The notes under the pieces are model-generated. The model worked only from the letters and a program-made list of their open reading frames with translations. It was not told where the DNA came from and searched no databases. The position numbers were made by a program, and so were the translations under genes. A DNA stretch of 64,000 nt, from positions 1 through 64,000 of the forward strand of contig VRVR01000006.1 of assembly GCA_009859145.1 (NCBI GenBank), written 5' to 3'. This DNA comes from Andalucia godoyi And28 (lineage: Eukaryota; Protista; Jakobida). Shown piece after piece: positions 53,702 through 64,000 of this stretch (position 1 is the first letter of the stretch; each line of letters starts with the position of its first letter).

Positions 53702-54805
53702 TCAGCTAGGAGAATCCTTTATTTGAGAAAGAGATGACTGGCATGGTGTATAAGAACCGATTTCGTCAAGGCAGACAATTCTTTTCGCGCTGGAATTCAA
53801 AATGCGTGCATACCAGTCCACAAGAGGTCGCAATCGCATGACGCTTTGCGGAACCTGATCGATGGAGTGGCGCAGTATCGATAATGGGATACCGCGGCCC
53901 GTGCACTTCGCTCGCTTGGAAACCCTGGCGATGACATCTTCCTCGGAAGCCTCGACATGCAGGATGCCTAGTTTGTACAATGGGAAGTCTTTGCGAATGC
54001 GCTGAAAATGGTCGGCGTGCCATTCCCAGTCTTTCAGCGACCCGTCCACAATAATGTTCCGTGACTGCTTCATCGCTTCCCATGTAAGCAGTTCGATAAT
54101 GTATCCAGACTCACGGTGTGTGCGATGGCCGGCCGTCATCGAATCGGTTCTTTTGAACAGCTCCATTTCCGGAAGCTTGTCTTTGATGTGGTCCGGATCG
54201 AGAAGAACATACGAGTCCAGTGGAAATAACTTTGAGCAGCTCAAATGTCGAAGGACATGCGACTTTCCCGAGCCCATTACTCCCGCAGTGAAAATGATCC
54301 ACGGACTCGAAACACAATGCGGCACTTCCTCCGTCGACTGGGCGGCGGCGACGGATACAGTTTCGTCCTCATTGTTTCGGTTGGGACTGCAAGACATCGG
54401 CGGGGATGACAGTGTTTTTGTGATGATATCATCTTGCAGCAATTGCCGGTCTCGCGTATACACGCTATGATATGTGTAGTCGACCGTCAGTCGCGCATCT
54501 GCGTACTGCGGTGTGAACAAGTCTTTGGAAATGCTTGTCGGATGTGGAATCTCAGCAGCATGCATTTCTGCAGTGGTTAAGCTGCGGCTTGGAATCAAGC
54601 TCATTGCGAAAGATACGGCAGACTGCAAAAGATATGGAACTGGGTATTTGATATGTGGCAATACTCTGCACGATCCAAACGGTCGCCCACGAGTTGCCAA
54701 TGACTGTGCGCGTACAGAGAATGGAGCTCCTGAAGAACCCGGCGAGATTCCAGAATTGACAATGACGGAGCGAAACAACAGTGATGGAACACAACCTCGA
54801 AACAT
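53702..54805 (-). CDS. Zeta-toxin-like P-loop kinase
   Basis: PWIIFTAGVMGSGKS, LLDPDHIK, NIIVDGSL and ILHVEASEEDVIARVSKRA..TGR. Likely start MFRGCV at 54805. Confidence 0.8.
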   Translation of the reverse strand: MFRGCVPSLLFRSVIVNSGISPGSSGAPFSVRAQSLATRGRPFGSCRVLPHIKYPVPYLLQSAVSFAMSLIPSRSLTTAEMHAAEIPHPTSISKDLFTPQYADARLTVDYTYHSVYTRDRQLLQDDIITKTLSSPPMSCSPNRNNEDETVSVAAAQSTEEVPHCVSSPWIIFTAGVMGSGKSHVLRHLSCSKLFPLDSYVLLDPDHIKDKLPEMELFKRTDSMTAGHRTHRESGYIIELLTWEAMKQSRNIIVDGSLKDWEWHADHFQRIRKDFPLYKLGILHVEASEEDVIARVSKRAKCTGRGIPLSILRHSIDQVPQSVMRLRPLVDWYARILNSSAKRIVCLDEIGSYTPCQSSLSQIKDSPS

Positions 54806-55219
54806 ACGATGCCCCCCCCAATCCTCCGTCCACCCAACAGCAACAAGCGAAATCCCGCGCGGCTGCCGACAGACACTTCGGCTTCCTCTTGCAAACCCAG
54901 GGCTCGGGGAAAGAACGCTCTGCAAAAAGAGAAACGGAAGTAAGAAAAGAGAGAGAGAGAGAGAGAGAGATAGTTTGTGTGTGTTGTCGAGTTTGGAAAG
55001 GGAAAAAACAAAGACAATACAAATAGTTTCAACTCGGTCGTTATTTGAGTTTATCTCAGAATAGGACCCAAGGACGAAGCAACCGAAGCTCCGGAGCAAT
55101 GAGGTTTGTGAGTTATTTACGCAAGAAAGGGAGATGGGAAAGAAAGATATTTAAAAAATATTAATTTAAAAAATAAAATAAAACGAAGAAAGGGGAAGGA
55201 AGGAAGCAGGGCTGCGGAA

Positions 55220-56286
55220 TCAATCCTTGTGGAGCCGGGGAACTTGATCGAAGAAAACGCGCGTGGGCAGCAGCTGATTTCGCATGATCCAGTTTCGGAT
55301 GGCGGAAACCGGGAAGTAAATGATGACCCACACCGCAATGTACTGAATCCATCCGTACTTTAAGAGCTCCCAGAGTCCTGGCCGGTACGCGATTTGCATT
55401 CCCGGTACGCGGATGCGCGCCTGAAGCGTGAAGAATGGAGCGGCGCCAGCTGACCAAACCGTCGCATCCGTAGTGAACTGCATGGTTTCATTGCGATTCA
55501 TGTACGCACGCACCACATCCGGCAATGCAACTCCTTCCAGGCCCTGTGTGTTCGGCGAGAAGATGAATGGCGACGCTGTGTACACTGCTCGGGTTCGAGT
55601 CTGCAGGATCGGCTGCGATTGCACAAACGCTAGACGACCGTCGACGTACACGGCCGATCCGTCTGCCGGGTTCTCCACGGAAATGTACGCAAGTGCCGTA
55701 AGCGTGGTGGACACCGTACTCGAGAACTCGACTTGGAAGGAAAGGGCGCACTGCAACCCGCGGATTGTCGACAATGTCCCCGATGTTGCTGCAGCGCTGT
55801 ACAAAGGAATGACAGCCTTGACGTCGAACCAGTCTGGACGGCCATTTCCATTCAAATCGACTCGGGTCACCGAAAAGTCTACATCGAGAAGGTTGTTGTA
55901 GGACGACACGAGATAATTCAGATCCGACGAGGATGTCCATCCACCAGACGGAAACGTCGTCAGGACAGCTTCGTGAAGGTACGTAACCTTTGGCTGCTCA
56001 CGAACAATAACCTCCTTTACCCAGAAGCCTGCACCCAAGAGAACAAGAAGAAACAACGAAAACCCCCGTGTAAAAGCAACGATAAACATGAGTATAATGT
56101 ACTAAGAGCAATCAAACGCTTGAGCACAAGTGGGAAAAACATACCTGGAGTCGCGTATGCCACGACAAAAGGAACAATGATGAATGTGACCCAGAGACCC
56201 ATATTGAGAAAGCAGGCTCTGGAAAAGAACCGGGCTCGGTACCGTCTCTTCACAGCTTCCGAATACACTTCAAACCCAACAGCCAT
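55220..56286 (-). CDS. TMEM231: TMEM231 ciliary transition-zone protein (two exons: 56286-56145 and 56028-55220)
   Basis: Removing a 116-nt GTATGT...TGCAG intron (56144-56029) joins YATP-G-FWVKE and gives 316 aa. C-terminal YRPGLWELLKYGWIQY. Confidence 0.9.
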
Positions 56287-56762
56287 GACGACAATACCAA
56301 CAACAACGACGGTTTATATATATATACAACAGCAAAGAATAAGTGAGGGTAAACAAAAAGAAGAAAAAACGAGAGAGAAGTGCAACCGATGATATTGATG
56401 ATGTGTAATGTTCTTCTTTTCGTGTTTTCTTTTTTGCTTTCTGTTCTTTTCTCCTCCAAGAGCTGTTATCAGGAGTTCCAGCAATGCAACGCTTCCAAAT
56501 AATAATAATGATAATAATAATCTTAATAATAAATGAAACATGCCAAAACCTCTGTTGCAGAGAGCGTGTTTTTGGAGAGTTTCGAAAGCATTTCCCCGAT
56601 TCAGTGGAGGCGGGAGCATCGAGGATCAACCTGTAGCATCAATTCATTTCCGGAACTTGAGTATTTGCTCTTTGAGGATCCATTGCACGGAATTTCGACC
56701 GCACACGCTTTCGTCATTGGTTTATACTGCGTTCAACGGGGAAATCCAATTACTAACTTATG

Positions 56763-56797
<35 letters not shown>

Positions 56798-56835
56798 ACG
56801 TACGTGAACAAATATATTTGAACGATTTTGAAAGT

Positions 56836-58131
56836 ATGCACATTCTTCTGACGTGTGTCGAGGTGTTCGGAACGTTGTTTTCTGGTAATTCGTACTACAC
56901 ACGGTCGTTGCTTTCGGGTTTACTGGAGGAAAACAGTGGTGTTCATGTGACGGTCGTGTGCGGAATTCCTGAGCGCGACGTTTTCGGCACTTGGAAAACG
57001 TCCGATAAGCTGTACAACCATCCTAGACTGAACGCCGTGCTTGTACCTGTGCCTATTGAATACTGGTTCAAGGTGGATGCAGGCTCGTGCTACCAAATCG
57101 TGGCGGATGTGCTGCGGAACGAGGCATCGCGGGCTTCGTGGAAACAGGCATTTTCAGCAGGACACAGCGTTGACTATGCGCTCGTCATGGATTTCACAGG
57201 TCATCATTTTTTGCAAGCTGCACTGGAGTTTGTTGTGTCGCAGCAGTCGAGGTCCGACGAGAGCCTGTGCAGGAAGCATGGGCCTCCTGGGCCTTGGGCA
57301 GATGTTGCTCGACCGCCATCCATCTTGTTTTTCTTGCGAGTGTTTGCAATGTCTAGAGATCACAATGAAGATTTGTACAGGAGATTGGAAACGCGTGCGC
57401 GGCTGGAGTCGTCCACCACGCTTGTGCTGTCTGAACCGGACCGCAGATTTCTGGAAACAGAGTGTTCGCTTGCGCAACATAAGCAGGAACGAATTGTTAC
57501 GTTGTGTCCGCCGCTGCGAAACGAGTTGTTTCTGCTTGCACAAAACATGCCAGTGGTCAGAAGAAGAGCTCGAGGATTTTTACTTGCGGTTTGCCGTGTT
57601 TCCCCTGAAAAGAATACGAGAATCTTCTTTGAAATTGTGAAAAAGCTGCGGGACTCGGGCGCATTGGATCGACTGCGGCTGGTGCCGCTGCTTTGCGGAG
57701 CCGTGTCGGACAGCAGGTATTACGAGGAGCATTGTAAGGCGGACATCGATTCGGGACTTGTGATTCATGCGCAGGAGTCGCATCCCCAGGCCCTTGCGTG
57801 GATCTACTCACATGCTGCAGTTCTGATTCACCCAGCCATCCAAGACTCGTTCGGCATGGTGGTGCCAGAGGCTGCGGTTTTTGGATGTCCAGTAATTGCG
57901 TCAAATCAAGGCGTTGGTGCACTGGAGGTGTTTCCAAAAGCCCATCCGTTGGTGACGACGCTCAACTATGATGCAGATGATGTTCCCGCCATCATCGAGC
58001 GTGCAGTGACCAAGACTCGCCAGCCAAGTATGAGCGAAGAGGTTTTGGATTATAAGCCGTTCGCACTGACAGAGAGCAAAGTTGCCCAAAAGGTCCTGGG
58101 TTGGCTCGCGGATTCCAGTGCAAATGCATAG
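56836..58131 (+). CDS. GT-B fold glycosyltransferase, family 4-like
   Basis: RVSPEKN and AVLIHPAIQDSFGMVVPEAAVFGCPVIAS. Likely start MHILLT at 56836. Confidence 0.8.
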   Translation: MHILLTCVEVFGTLFSGNSYYTRSLLSGLLEENSGVHVTVVCGIPERDVFGTWKTSDKLYNHPRLNAVLVPVPIEYWFKVDAGSCYQIVADVLRNEASRASWKQAFSAGHSVDYALVMDFTGHHFLQAALEFVVSQQSRSDESLCRKHGPPGPWADVARPPSILFFLRVFAMSRDHNEDLYRRLETRARLESSTTLVLSEPDRRFLETECSLAQHKQERIVTLCPPLRNELFLLAQNMPVVRRRARGFLLAVCRVSPEKNTRIFFEIVKKLRDSGALDRLRLVPLLCGAVSDSRYYEEHCKADIDSGLVIHAQESHPQALAWIYSHAAVLIHPAIQDSFGMVVPEAAVFGCPVIASNQGVGALEVFPKAHPLVTTLNYDADDVPAIIERAVTKTRQPSMSEEVLDYKPFALTESKVAQKVLGWLADSSANA

Positions 58132-58284
58132 TCTTCTTTATCAGGGGTTTTCGCTGACAATTCACAAGCTCTTTCTTGAAGAAGCACCCCGTTATTGTAT
58201 TTATTTTGTGTGTGTGTTCTCGGCCATAAATCACACTGTCGGCTCTACTACTCACGACTGCCGAGGCTGTTCGGGGATTTCGCA

Positions 58285-58450
58285 CACCTACACTGTATAC
58301 ACTGAACACACGTCGACATGTGAAGGCTTCGTTTCCCACCAAAGTGATCGGGGGGGGGGGGGGGCGCATCATGCGCATCTCTCTGCGGACTGCAACACAC
58401 TCGTTTCTGGCACGGCCGTTAAAACCTTGCCGGATTCGTGTCGCTGACAA
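58285..58450 (-). mobile_element. Highly decayed Fanzor2-type right end
   Basis: On the minus strand: NGRARN scrap, C-run, hairpin CACATG-TCGA-CGTGTG, then TTCAGTGTATACAGTGTAGGTG, which matches the family end motif. Confidence 0.5.
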
Positions 58451-58772
58451 GTTGCAATTTTTAAATTAAAAAAAATTTACAACAGAGTAAGTTTGGCTCA
58501 CGCGCTCCGCGTGTGTTTTTCAACTTGTAGAGTGGTGATCTCTGACAGCAGCTTGGGAACCGTGGCCTGAATACCCAATTACTTGATCACGAATTCGTCT
58601 CAATGATGGTTCATTTCTGTTTGTTTTGTTTTGGTTTGCACGTTTTACTTCTTCTTCTTCTTCTTCTTTTAATCCACCTCTTCTTCTCTTTCAAAGCACC
58701 GATTGCTCCGTCATTTCCCGTCGTCCTTAACGAGACTTTGCAGAGAGTAAAAAAACGACTCGGATATTCCCA

Positions 58773-60158
58773 ATGCGATTTCGTGTCGCCGTTCTGCTGC
58801 TGTGGGTCTTGGCTGCACTGTCGGCAGCCAGCATTGCCCGTGCAGACGACCGCGTGGAGGATGTGCATCCCTCGCAGACCACCAAGGTCGTGTATGCCGG
58901 CAAACAACTTTCTGTACCATTTGCAGTACCTCTTGGTGACGACAAAAAACCATTCACATGGTCCGGCCTTCTTGTGAATACCATGCAGCAAACTGCGGTC
59001 AGCATTGGTTCTTCGCTCGGATATAACCTGATTTGCTCATTGACGGGTAACTTTTTTGGACTTTTGGACAAGAAGCCCGACACAGAGATCATTGACAAGC
59101 TCAAGGAGATCGAGAAGCTTGTGCGGGATGTGAACTACAAGATCGACGATCTCAAGAAGGATGTGGCCAAGGTGCAGATCTCGGTCCAACTCGGCAATGT
59201 CAAGCTATGGGTCGCGGATATCCAGGCCACGTTCGACACCATGCTTAGTATCTTTTCGAATGCTGCTTACCAGTCGCCCAACGTCACGAAGGACAGCATC
59301 AACCGCCTGGTGGACCAGATCAAGCGCGAAATCTACAAGGACGCCATGGGCATTTACTCCGCCATGGTGGTCTCCACTCCTGTGGAGGATCCCATCCTCT
59401 ACTTGGGCTACAAGTACATCATGAGCACGTATGCAGCTAACACAGATGCTCTGGACGTCTATGGCATCATTCGCTCCTTTTCAACGACGTATCTGTCTCC
59501 TCTTGCTCAAGCATCCACGCTGCTGAAGTTCGCAGCCAATGCCACTGCGGACGCTGGTACGCTTGAACTTGCAAAGAAGGTGGACATGTTCATCCAGAAG
59601 TGGGACGAGTACCTGGAAACCGGAAGATCTCCGCTGATCAATGCCTTGTACTCGAGCTGGGCACGGAGCATGCTCAAAGGCTCGCCCGACGAGAACCATC
59701 TTGGCTGGAATGTGCAGTTCAAGTTGGGCAACCTGTTGACGGGCGCTTTCGTAGATTGCGACTCTCCGATTGTGCTCGGAATCATGAAAGCGGCTCCCAT
59801 CTCTATTCGCCGCCAGGCAGACAACTCGTGGACGTTCGCATCGACGATAGACCACTCAGCTGAGCCGAAATGCAAGTTCGTCAAAAACGAGGATGACGAT
59901 GACATCACTCCCACTTCGAACCCAGATCGGAGGTCGTACTTGTGGAGCATCTATGCTACCGATAATCAGTCCATGGGCTTCATGCTGTTCGAAGTCCGTG
60001 GCTATCCCACTGCAGCAGACCGCAGCAACAAGCTCAATGAAGTTGCCTGGCTTGGCCACTACAGCGAGAAGGCCAAATGGTCTGTGCTTACCCTGGAGAA
60101 ACCACAGAACGGCCGCGACTACCACAGCTTCACTTTCACGGATGCGCAATTTTTCTGA
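58773..60158 (+). CDS. Secreted protein with an amphipathic/coiled-coil N-terminal domain and a beta-rich C-terminal domain (toxin-like architecture)
   Basis: Signal peptide MRFRVAVLLLWVLAALSAASIARA, hydrophobic SIGSSLGYNLICSLTGNFFGLL, heptad IIDKLKEIEKLVRDVNYKIDDLKKDV, and a W/G-rich C-terminal third. Confidence 0.75.
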   Translation: MRFRVAVLLLWVLAALSAASIARADDRVEDVHPSQTTKVVYAGKQLSVPFAVPLGDDKKPFTWSGLLVNTMQQTAVSIGSSLGYNLICSLTGNFFGLLDKKPDTEIIDKLKEIEKLVRDVNYKIDDLKKDVAKVQISVQLGNVKLWVADIQATFDTMLSIFSNAAYQSPNVTKDSINRLVDQIKREIYKDAMGIYSAMVVSTPVEDPILYLGYKYIMSTYAANTDALDVYGIIRSFSTTYLSPLAQASTLLKFAANATADAGTLELAKKVDMFIQKWDEYLETGRSPLINALYSSWARSMLKGSPDENHLGWNVQFKLGNLLTGAFVDCDSPIVLGIMKAAPISIRRQADNSWTFASTIDHSAEPKCKFVKNEDDDDITPTSNPDRRSYLWSIYATDNQSMGFMLFEVRGYPTAADRSNKLNEVAWLGHYSEKAKWSVLTLEKPQNGRDYHSFTFTDAQFF

Positions 60159-60752
60159 ACACGCCATCGATTAAATAAAAAGGCAGTCGCATCCAGGTCT
60201 TCCATCACAACACGACGCACGCAGACTACTGAACGATTAAAAAGAAGAAAGAAAAAATGTGATACATGGCCCAAGAGGATACGCCCACGTTCGGTGTTCA
60301 TCTATCGGGACGCTCAAAGTCGATTTCGAGCACCACCCACCACCGCCCCATCTCTCCATGAGAGGTGTGCAGCTTTTACAGTACAACAAACCTTCTAGTT
60401 CTTTTTTCTGATTTGTTTCGCAAAGTCGGCACGTCGGAAGCTTCGCACCATGCAGGGGGTGCACATACCACCGAAAATCACCGTGCGGTCAAGCATGTTC
60501 TCTCAACGGACGCCATAAAATCAGTGACAAGTGATCACACAACGACGTGGTCAATGCATCTTCCAAGATGCAGGTCCTTCGTCAACGAATTTAACATGTA
60601 TTGCGGGGGATTCCATGTTGTAAATGATACCGGTACCGCAGTCCTTGGTACATGCTAGGTGTTCAACACACCCACCCACCCACACAACGAAAAAGAAAAA
60701 GAAAAAAAGAAAAGAGGCGAGGCACGGAAAGCGTACAGTACGGGAAGATCGG

Positions 60753-61757
60753 TTATGCGTACTGAGACAGCCAATTTTTGAGAACATCGTATGTTGTGAA
60801 GGACACGGCGACCATCGGAACTACTTTTGCAAAATTGATGGTGATCCCACGATAGAACCCTCGAATACCAGCACGAGACCATATTTCTTGAACCACATGA
60901 TGGAACGCCACTCCCGGACGCACTTGTTGTGTCCTACGTACCACATCCAGAGGATAAGCGACGCCTTGACCTAACGCACCAGCCAATCCACCGCAAACCA
61001 TACGTGCCCAAACAGGAATCGGCGGCGCCAAACTGCTTCTAACCGAGGAATCCGTGTCACCGCTAGTAGCCGAGGAGAAGAACAATGCAGCATGCGCTTT
61101 CAGCCAATCATTTGTGAAGAAATTTGTTCCAGCGTACGGAACGATTCCAGCAAGGGTTGTTCCAAGGCCCGCAAACCATGCCCGTGGGCCGCCAGACACG
61201 GAAATGATGCGTGCCATGTCCACCATTCGCGGTCTGCTGGACAGCAAGTGCGCTCTGATATGTGCGCTAGTCTCTTGTACACCATGGGGAGCACCAATTC
61301 CAGTTCCAGGATTGTGGTTCAGAGCCTTTGATTCGTACGCAAGTCGGGTTCTCAGCACATCCAGAGGGTACGTGCATGCCACTGCACAGGCTCCTGCTAA
61401 GGATCCCGCAGCAATTCCACGGAGCGGATTGGCCCTCGGATCATGAGCATCCAACAGTTGCTTAATGTACTCGTAGGAGGAGAACGAGATTGCACCATAC
61501 GGCGCAATGCGAATAATTGTTGATAGATTCCCTGCAAACAAGGACCGAAAGCCTTCTGTTCGGTGCAGATGGCGGATTAGAGAAACCGTTCGAGACGCAT
61601 GAGACGGCAGTAAGTGCGAACGTGTTTGCAACAGAATCTTCGCACGATCAAGCGGTGCCACTGTGGTCTTTGACAAGATACCCGCAACTGCACCTGAAAT
61701 GAAGGATGGCCACGAGGGAGCCAACCGACTGCTCTTGGACGAACGATCGGCTTGCAT
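60753..61757 (-). CDS. Mitochondrial carrier, CoA-transporter clade (SLC25A42/SLC25A16/Leu5-like)
   Basis: Three repeats with PLDRAKILLQ, PLDVLRTRL and PLDVVRRTQQ; GNLSTIIRIAPYGAISF. Confidence 0.9.
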   Translation of the reverse strand: MQADRSSKSSRLAPSWPSFISGAVAGILSKTTVAPLDRAKILLQTRSHLLPSHASRTVSLIRHLHRTEGFRSLFAGNLSTIIRIAPYGAISFSSYEYIKQLLDAHDPRANPLRGIAAGSLAGACAVACTYPLDVLRTRLAYESKALNHNPGTGIGAPHGVQETSAHIRAHLLSSRPRMVDMARIISVSGGPRAWFAGLGTTLAGIVPYAGTNFFTNDWLKAHAALFFSSATSGDTDSSVRSSLAPPIPVWARMVCGGLAGALGQGVAYPLDVVRRTQQVRPGVAFHHVVQEIWSRAGIRGFYRGITINFAKVVPMVAVSFTTYDVLKNWLSQYA

Positions 61758-62063
61758 ACTTGTGTCTCTGTTGTTGCCTTCTAACCTAGCCCAACCCCTA
61801 GCCCAACCCTCCTGATCGTTGTCAGGCGTCGGTACTGCGTATGCGACAGTACGCCTCTTGCAAATTGAAAGTGGAAAAATACCGGCGCCAACTTCGCTTC
61901 TTTGGGGTTTCTCAATTGGCAGAAAAGTCTCCGAAGAAAATCTCCGCTTCTATTGAAGATGTCGAGTCTTGCCATATCTTCGTTTGGAAAAATATCGCGG
62001 GCAGCCGGAGGAGAGGAGGTTTTTTTTTCCCGGTGTGTTTTATGCTAGAGTGGCTGGGGGAAA

Positions 62064-63926
62064 TCACTGTCGAAAACGGGCATGTGGTGCCGACATGGAG
62101 GTGCCTTCGTCACGCACGAGCCGACACGGGTTTCCTTTGAGACTGAGTTCGAACTGCTTCTGCTCAAGCAGCAGCGTCCCTTTGCGCCGGATTGCTTCGA
62201 CATCCGCAAAAGAATTGCCTACCGCAAACAGCAAACAGTACTCATTGCGCAGATTGCAGTATGGAAAAATACCGGATGCTCGTGATGGACGGAGGTGTTG
62301 TGGGCCTGCTAGCGTCCGCACATTGCTAAGTCGGTCAACCGGATGCAGCTGCAGTTTGTGCTCCTTCAAAAGTTCCCAGATGTCATCCGAGGAAAGGTCC
62401 AAAGGTGGCAAAAGCCATGCACAGAATGGTCTTCCGGGAGCAATCTGGGCAGAAAAGAGCTTCACCAAGTGCGCGGCGCTGAATCTTCCCAGACGAATAT
62501 CGACGAGAATCGGCTCTTCGTCCTCTGCACAACATTCATACTCACCATCTTCACCACATCCCTTAGAAGATATGAACTCGAATTCGCCTGGTCCTACAGG
62601 TGCTAGGAGAAACAAGAGGCTTGTTGCAATGCAGTAGCATTTTCGGATGAAAGATAGACTTTTTCTGCAAGGCAGCCAGGCAACGGAATCTCCTCCGGAC
62701 TCCGCATGCTCGTGGTCGAGAATATCTTGCACCAGTGTGGTCTTCATGGAATGGACAACATGAGTTCGACGAACCAAACGCGCGCTTCGAAATCTTTGGA
62801 GCAGCACTGGACCATATTCCAGGAAATTCGTCGCCAGCTCTTGGCCGCGAGAACGATCCCAAATCCTCTGCATATGATCTGCCGCACATTGCGGATTACA
62901 CTCGCTGCCCCCATTGCTGCTGCTGCTGCTATCCGTAAACAAGCTAATGGTTGCCGGAGGATGACCAAAGCCAAGGGCAGGCTTCATCACGAGCGCTGCT
63001 CTATGCGAGCCAGCGAGACTCTCCTTGGTCTCGGCTAGCGGCGATGCCTGTGCCTTCTGATCCTCGAGAAATGATGCTCCAAGTTGCATGAATGCTCGCT
63101 CAACTTCTTCTACTGTTTGGCAATACCATCCTTCAATCACATTTCCGATGCAGTTATCGCTCAGGAACTTGGAAATGCTGAATCTCCACGGAAAATCAAT
63201 CGGTGGATGCAGAATGCCGCGCTGACAGAATTCTGCTAGCGATTGTTCGTGGTCTCCCATAATCCTGACGCTGTGCTCCGTGCACCGACCGCAAACTTCG
63301 TGCATCCACTTCTGCGATCCTTCGAACAGTCCGGAATAAGGAACAATGCAGAACGACGCATTGGGCGGGAACCCCTCGATATAATCCACGAAGTAATCCA
63401 CAAGTTCGGACTGGATGTCATCGTCCACGACGAGATTCTTCCCAGATGTCCACAGGAACTGGTCATCTTTGAGATCCAGCAACCTGCTGCAGAACTGCAC
63501 ATGTTCCCAAATCGCGACGTTGTCTTTGGGTAGGACTGCCTTGTCAATACCCGATCGCAACAAGGGGATCGTCCGAGCAGGATGCACCACCTGATGTTTC
63601 ACCACAAGTTCTCTATTCCCTCCTGATCCAGTGCGTGTCGTCTGCATCGTGTGACTGGGCAACGAGCAGTGTGCCCAAATGTGCATTCCAGGCCCAATTA
63701 CCTTCTCTGGACATATTGAATAGGATATCACAATCTTTCCTTTTAATCCCTGATGAACAGCCTTCTTCTTTGTTTCATCCACAACTGCCTCTATTTTCTC
63801 GAAATTTGTTCTCGATCGCGAAGTAAACTCAATCGCATGTGCCGCAGAGCTCCGTCGAAACGACCCTCGACGCTCTTCAAGCTGCAGCTCGTTGATTCGC
63901 AGCGATCCTTCCACTGCACTCTCCAT
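62064..63926 (-). CDS. Hypothetical protein, possible ATP-grasp-like fold
   Basis: 620-aa ORF. LVMKPALGFG, VLLQRF, GEFEF and ILVDIRLGRF are spaced like ATP-grasp motifs. Confidence 0.55.
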   Translation of the reverse strand: MESAVEGSLRINELQLEERRGSFRRSSAAHAIEFTSRSRTNFEKIEAVVDETKKKAVHQGLKGKIVISYSICPEKVIGPGMHIWAHCSLPSHTMQTTRTGSGGNRELVVKHQVVHPARTIPLLRSGIDKAVLPKDNVAIWEHVQFCSRLLDLKDDQFLWTSGKNLVVDDDIQSELVDYFVDYIEGFPPNASFCIVPYSGLFEGSQKWMHEVCGRCTEHSVRIMGDHEQSLAEFCQRGILHPPIDFPWRFSISKFLSDNCIGNVIEGWYCQTVEEVERAFMQLGASFLEDQKAQASPLAETKESLAGSHRAALVMKPALGFGHPPATISLFTDSSSSSNGGSECNPQCAADHMQRIWDRSRGQELATNFLEYGPVLLQRFRSARLVRRTHVVHSMKTTLVQDILDHEHAESGGDSVAWLPCRKSLSFIRKCYCIATSLLFLLAPVGPGEFEFISSKGCGEDGEYECCAEDEEPILVDIRLGRFSAAHLVKLFSAQIAPGRPFCAWLLPPLDLSSDDIWELLKEHKLQLHPVDRLSNVRTLAGPQHLRPSRASGIFPYCNLRNEYCLLFAVGNSFADVEAIRRKGTLLLEQKQFELSLKGNPCRLVRDEGTSMSAPHARFRQ

Positions 63927-64000
63927 ACTGTTCTTTCTATTCCTTTTCCTCGCTCCCGATCTGTGTGCAAATTGAGACGAGCACGTGAGAAAAAGAAAAA

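Overview
Gene-dense, almost intron-free eukaryotic (protist) nuclear DNA. About 30 protein genes are supported. They include a ferlin, IST1, an MFS transporter, CFD1/NUBP2, an organelle-targeted bacterial-type RecA, a degenerate double class III cyclase, CEP192-like, FBPase, VPS37, CPSF3, a SelM/SelF-like protein, a cysteine-synthase/PLP-decarboxylase fusion, RPA43, organelle-targeted FtsZ, Elongin C, PDCD5, a zeta-toxin-like kinase, TMEM231 (one intron), a GT4 glycosyltransferase, a secreted toxin-like protein and a CoA-type mitochondrial carrier. Bacterial-type RecA and FtsZ with presequences plus centriole/cilium genes would fit a flagellate such as a jakobid (inference only). The main hidden signal is intergenic: at least seven short, internally deleted Fanzor2/TnpB-derived elements (about 26.9, 30.9, 38.7, 39.9, 44.9, 51.4 and 58.3 kb). 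They keep scraps of the nuclease ORF (e.g. MHPSQEQRVTLRKW, LAKWLCEDYNCILLPKF, RLLHKAR, DRDWNGARNIY.KN) and a structurally conserved, sequence-covarying omegaRNA-like right end that mostly ends in AGGCG. A second dispersed repeat (9.5 and 51.1 kb) is joined tail-to-tail to one copy through a shared CG. No intact Fanzor or transposase, rRNA, tRNA or CRISPR array was seen. All family assignments come from motif recognition by eye; no database searches were run.
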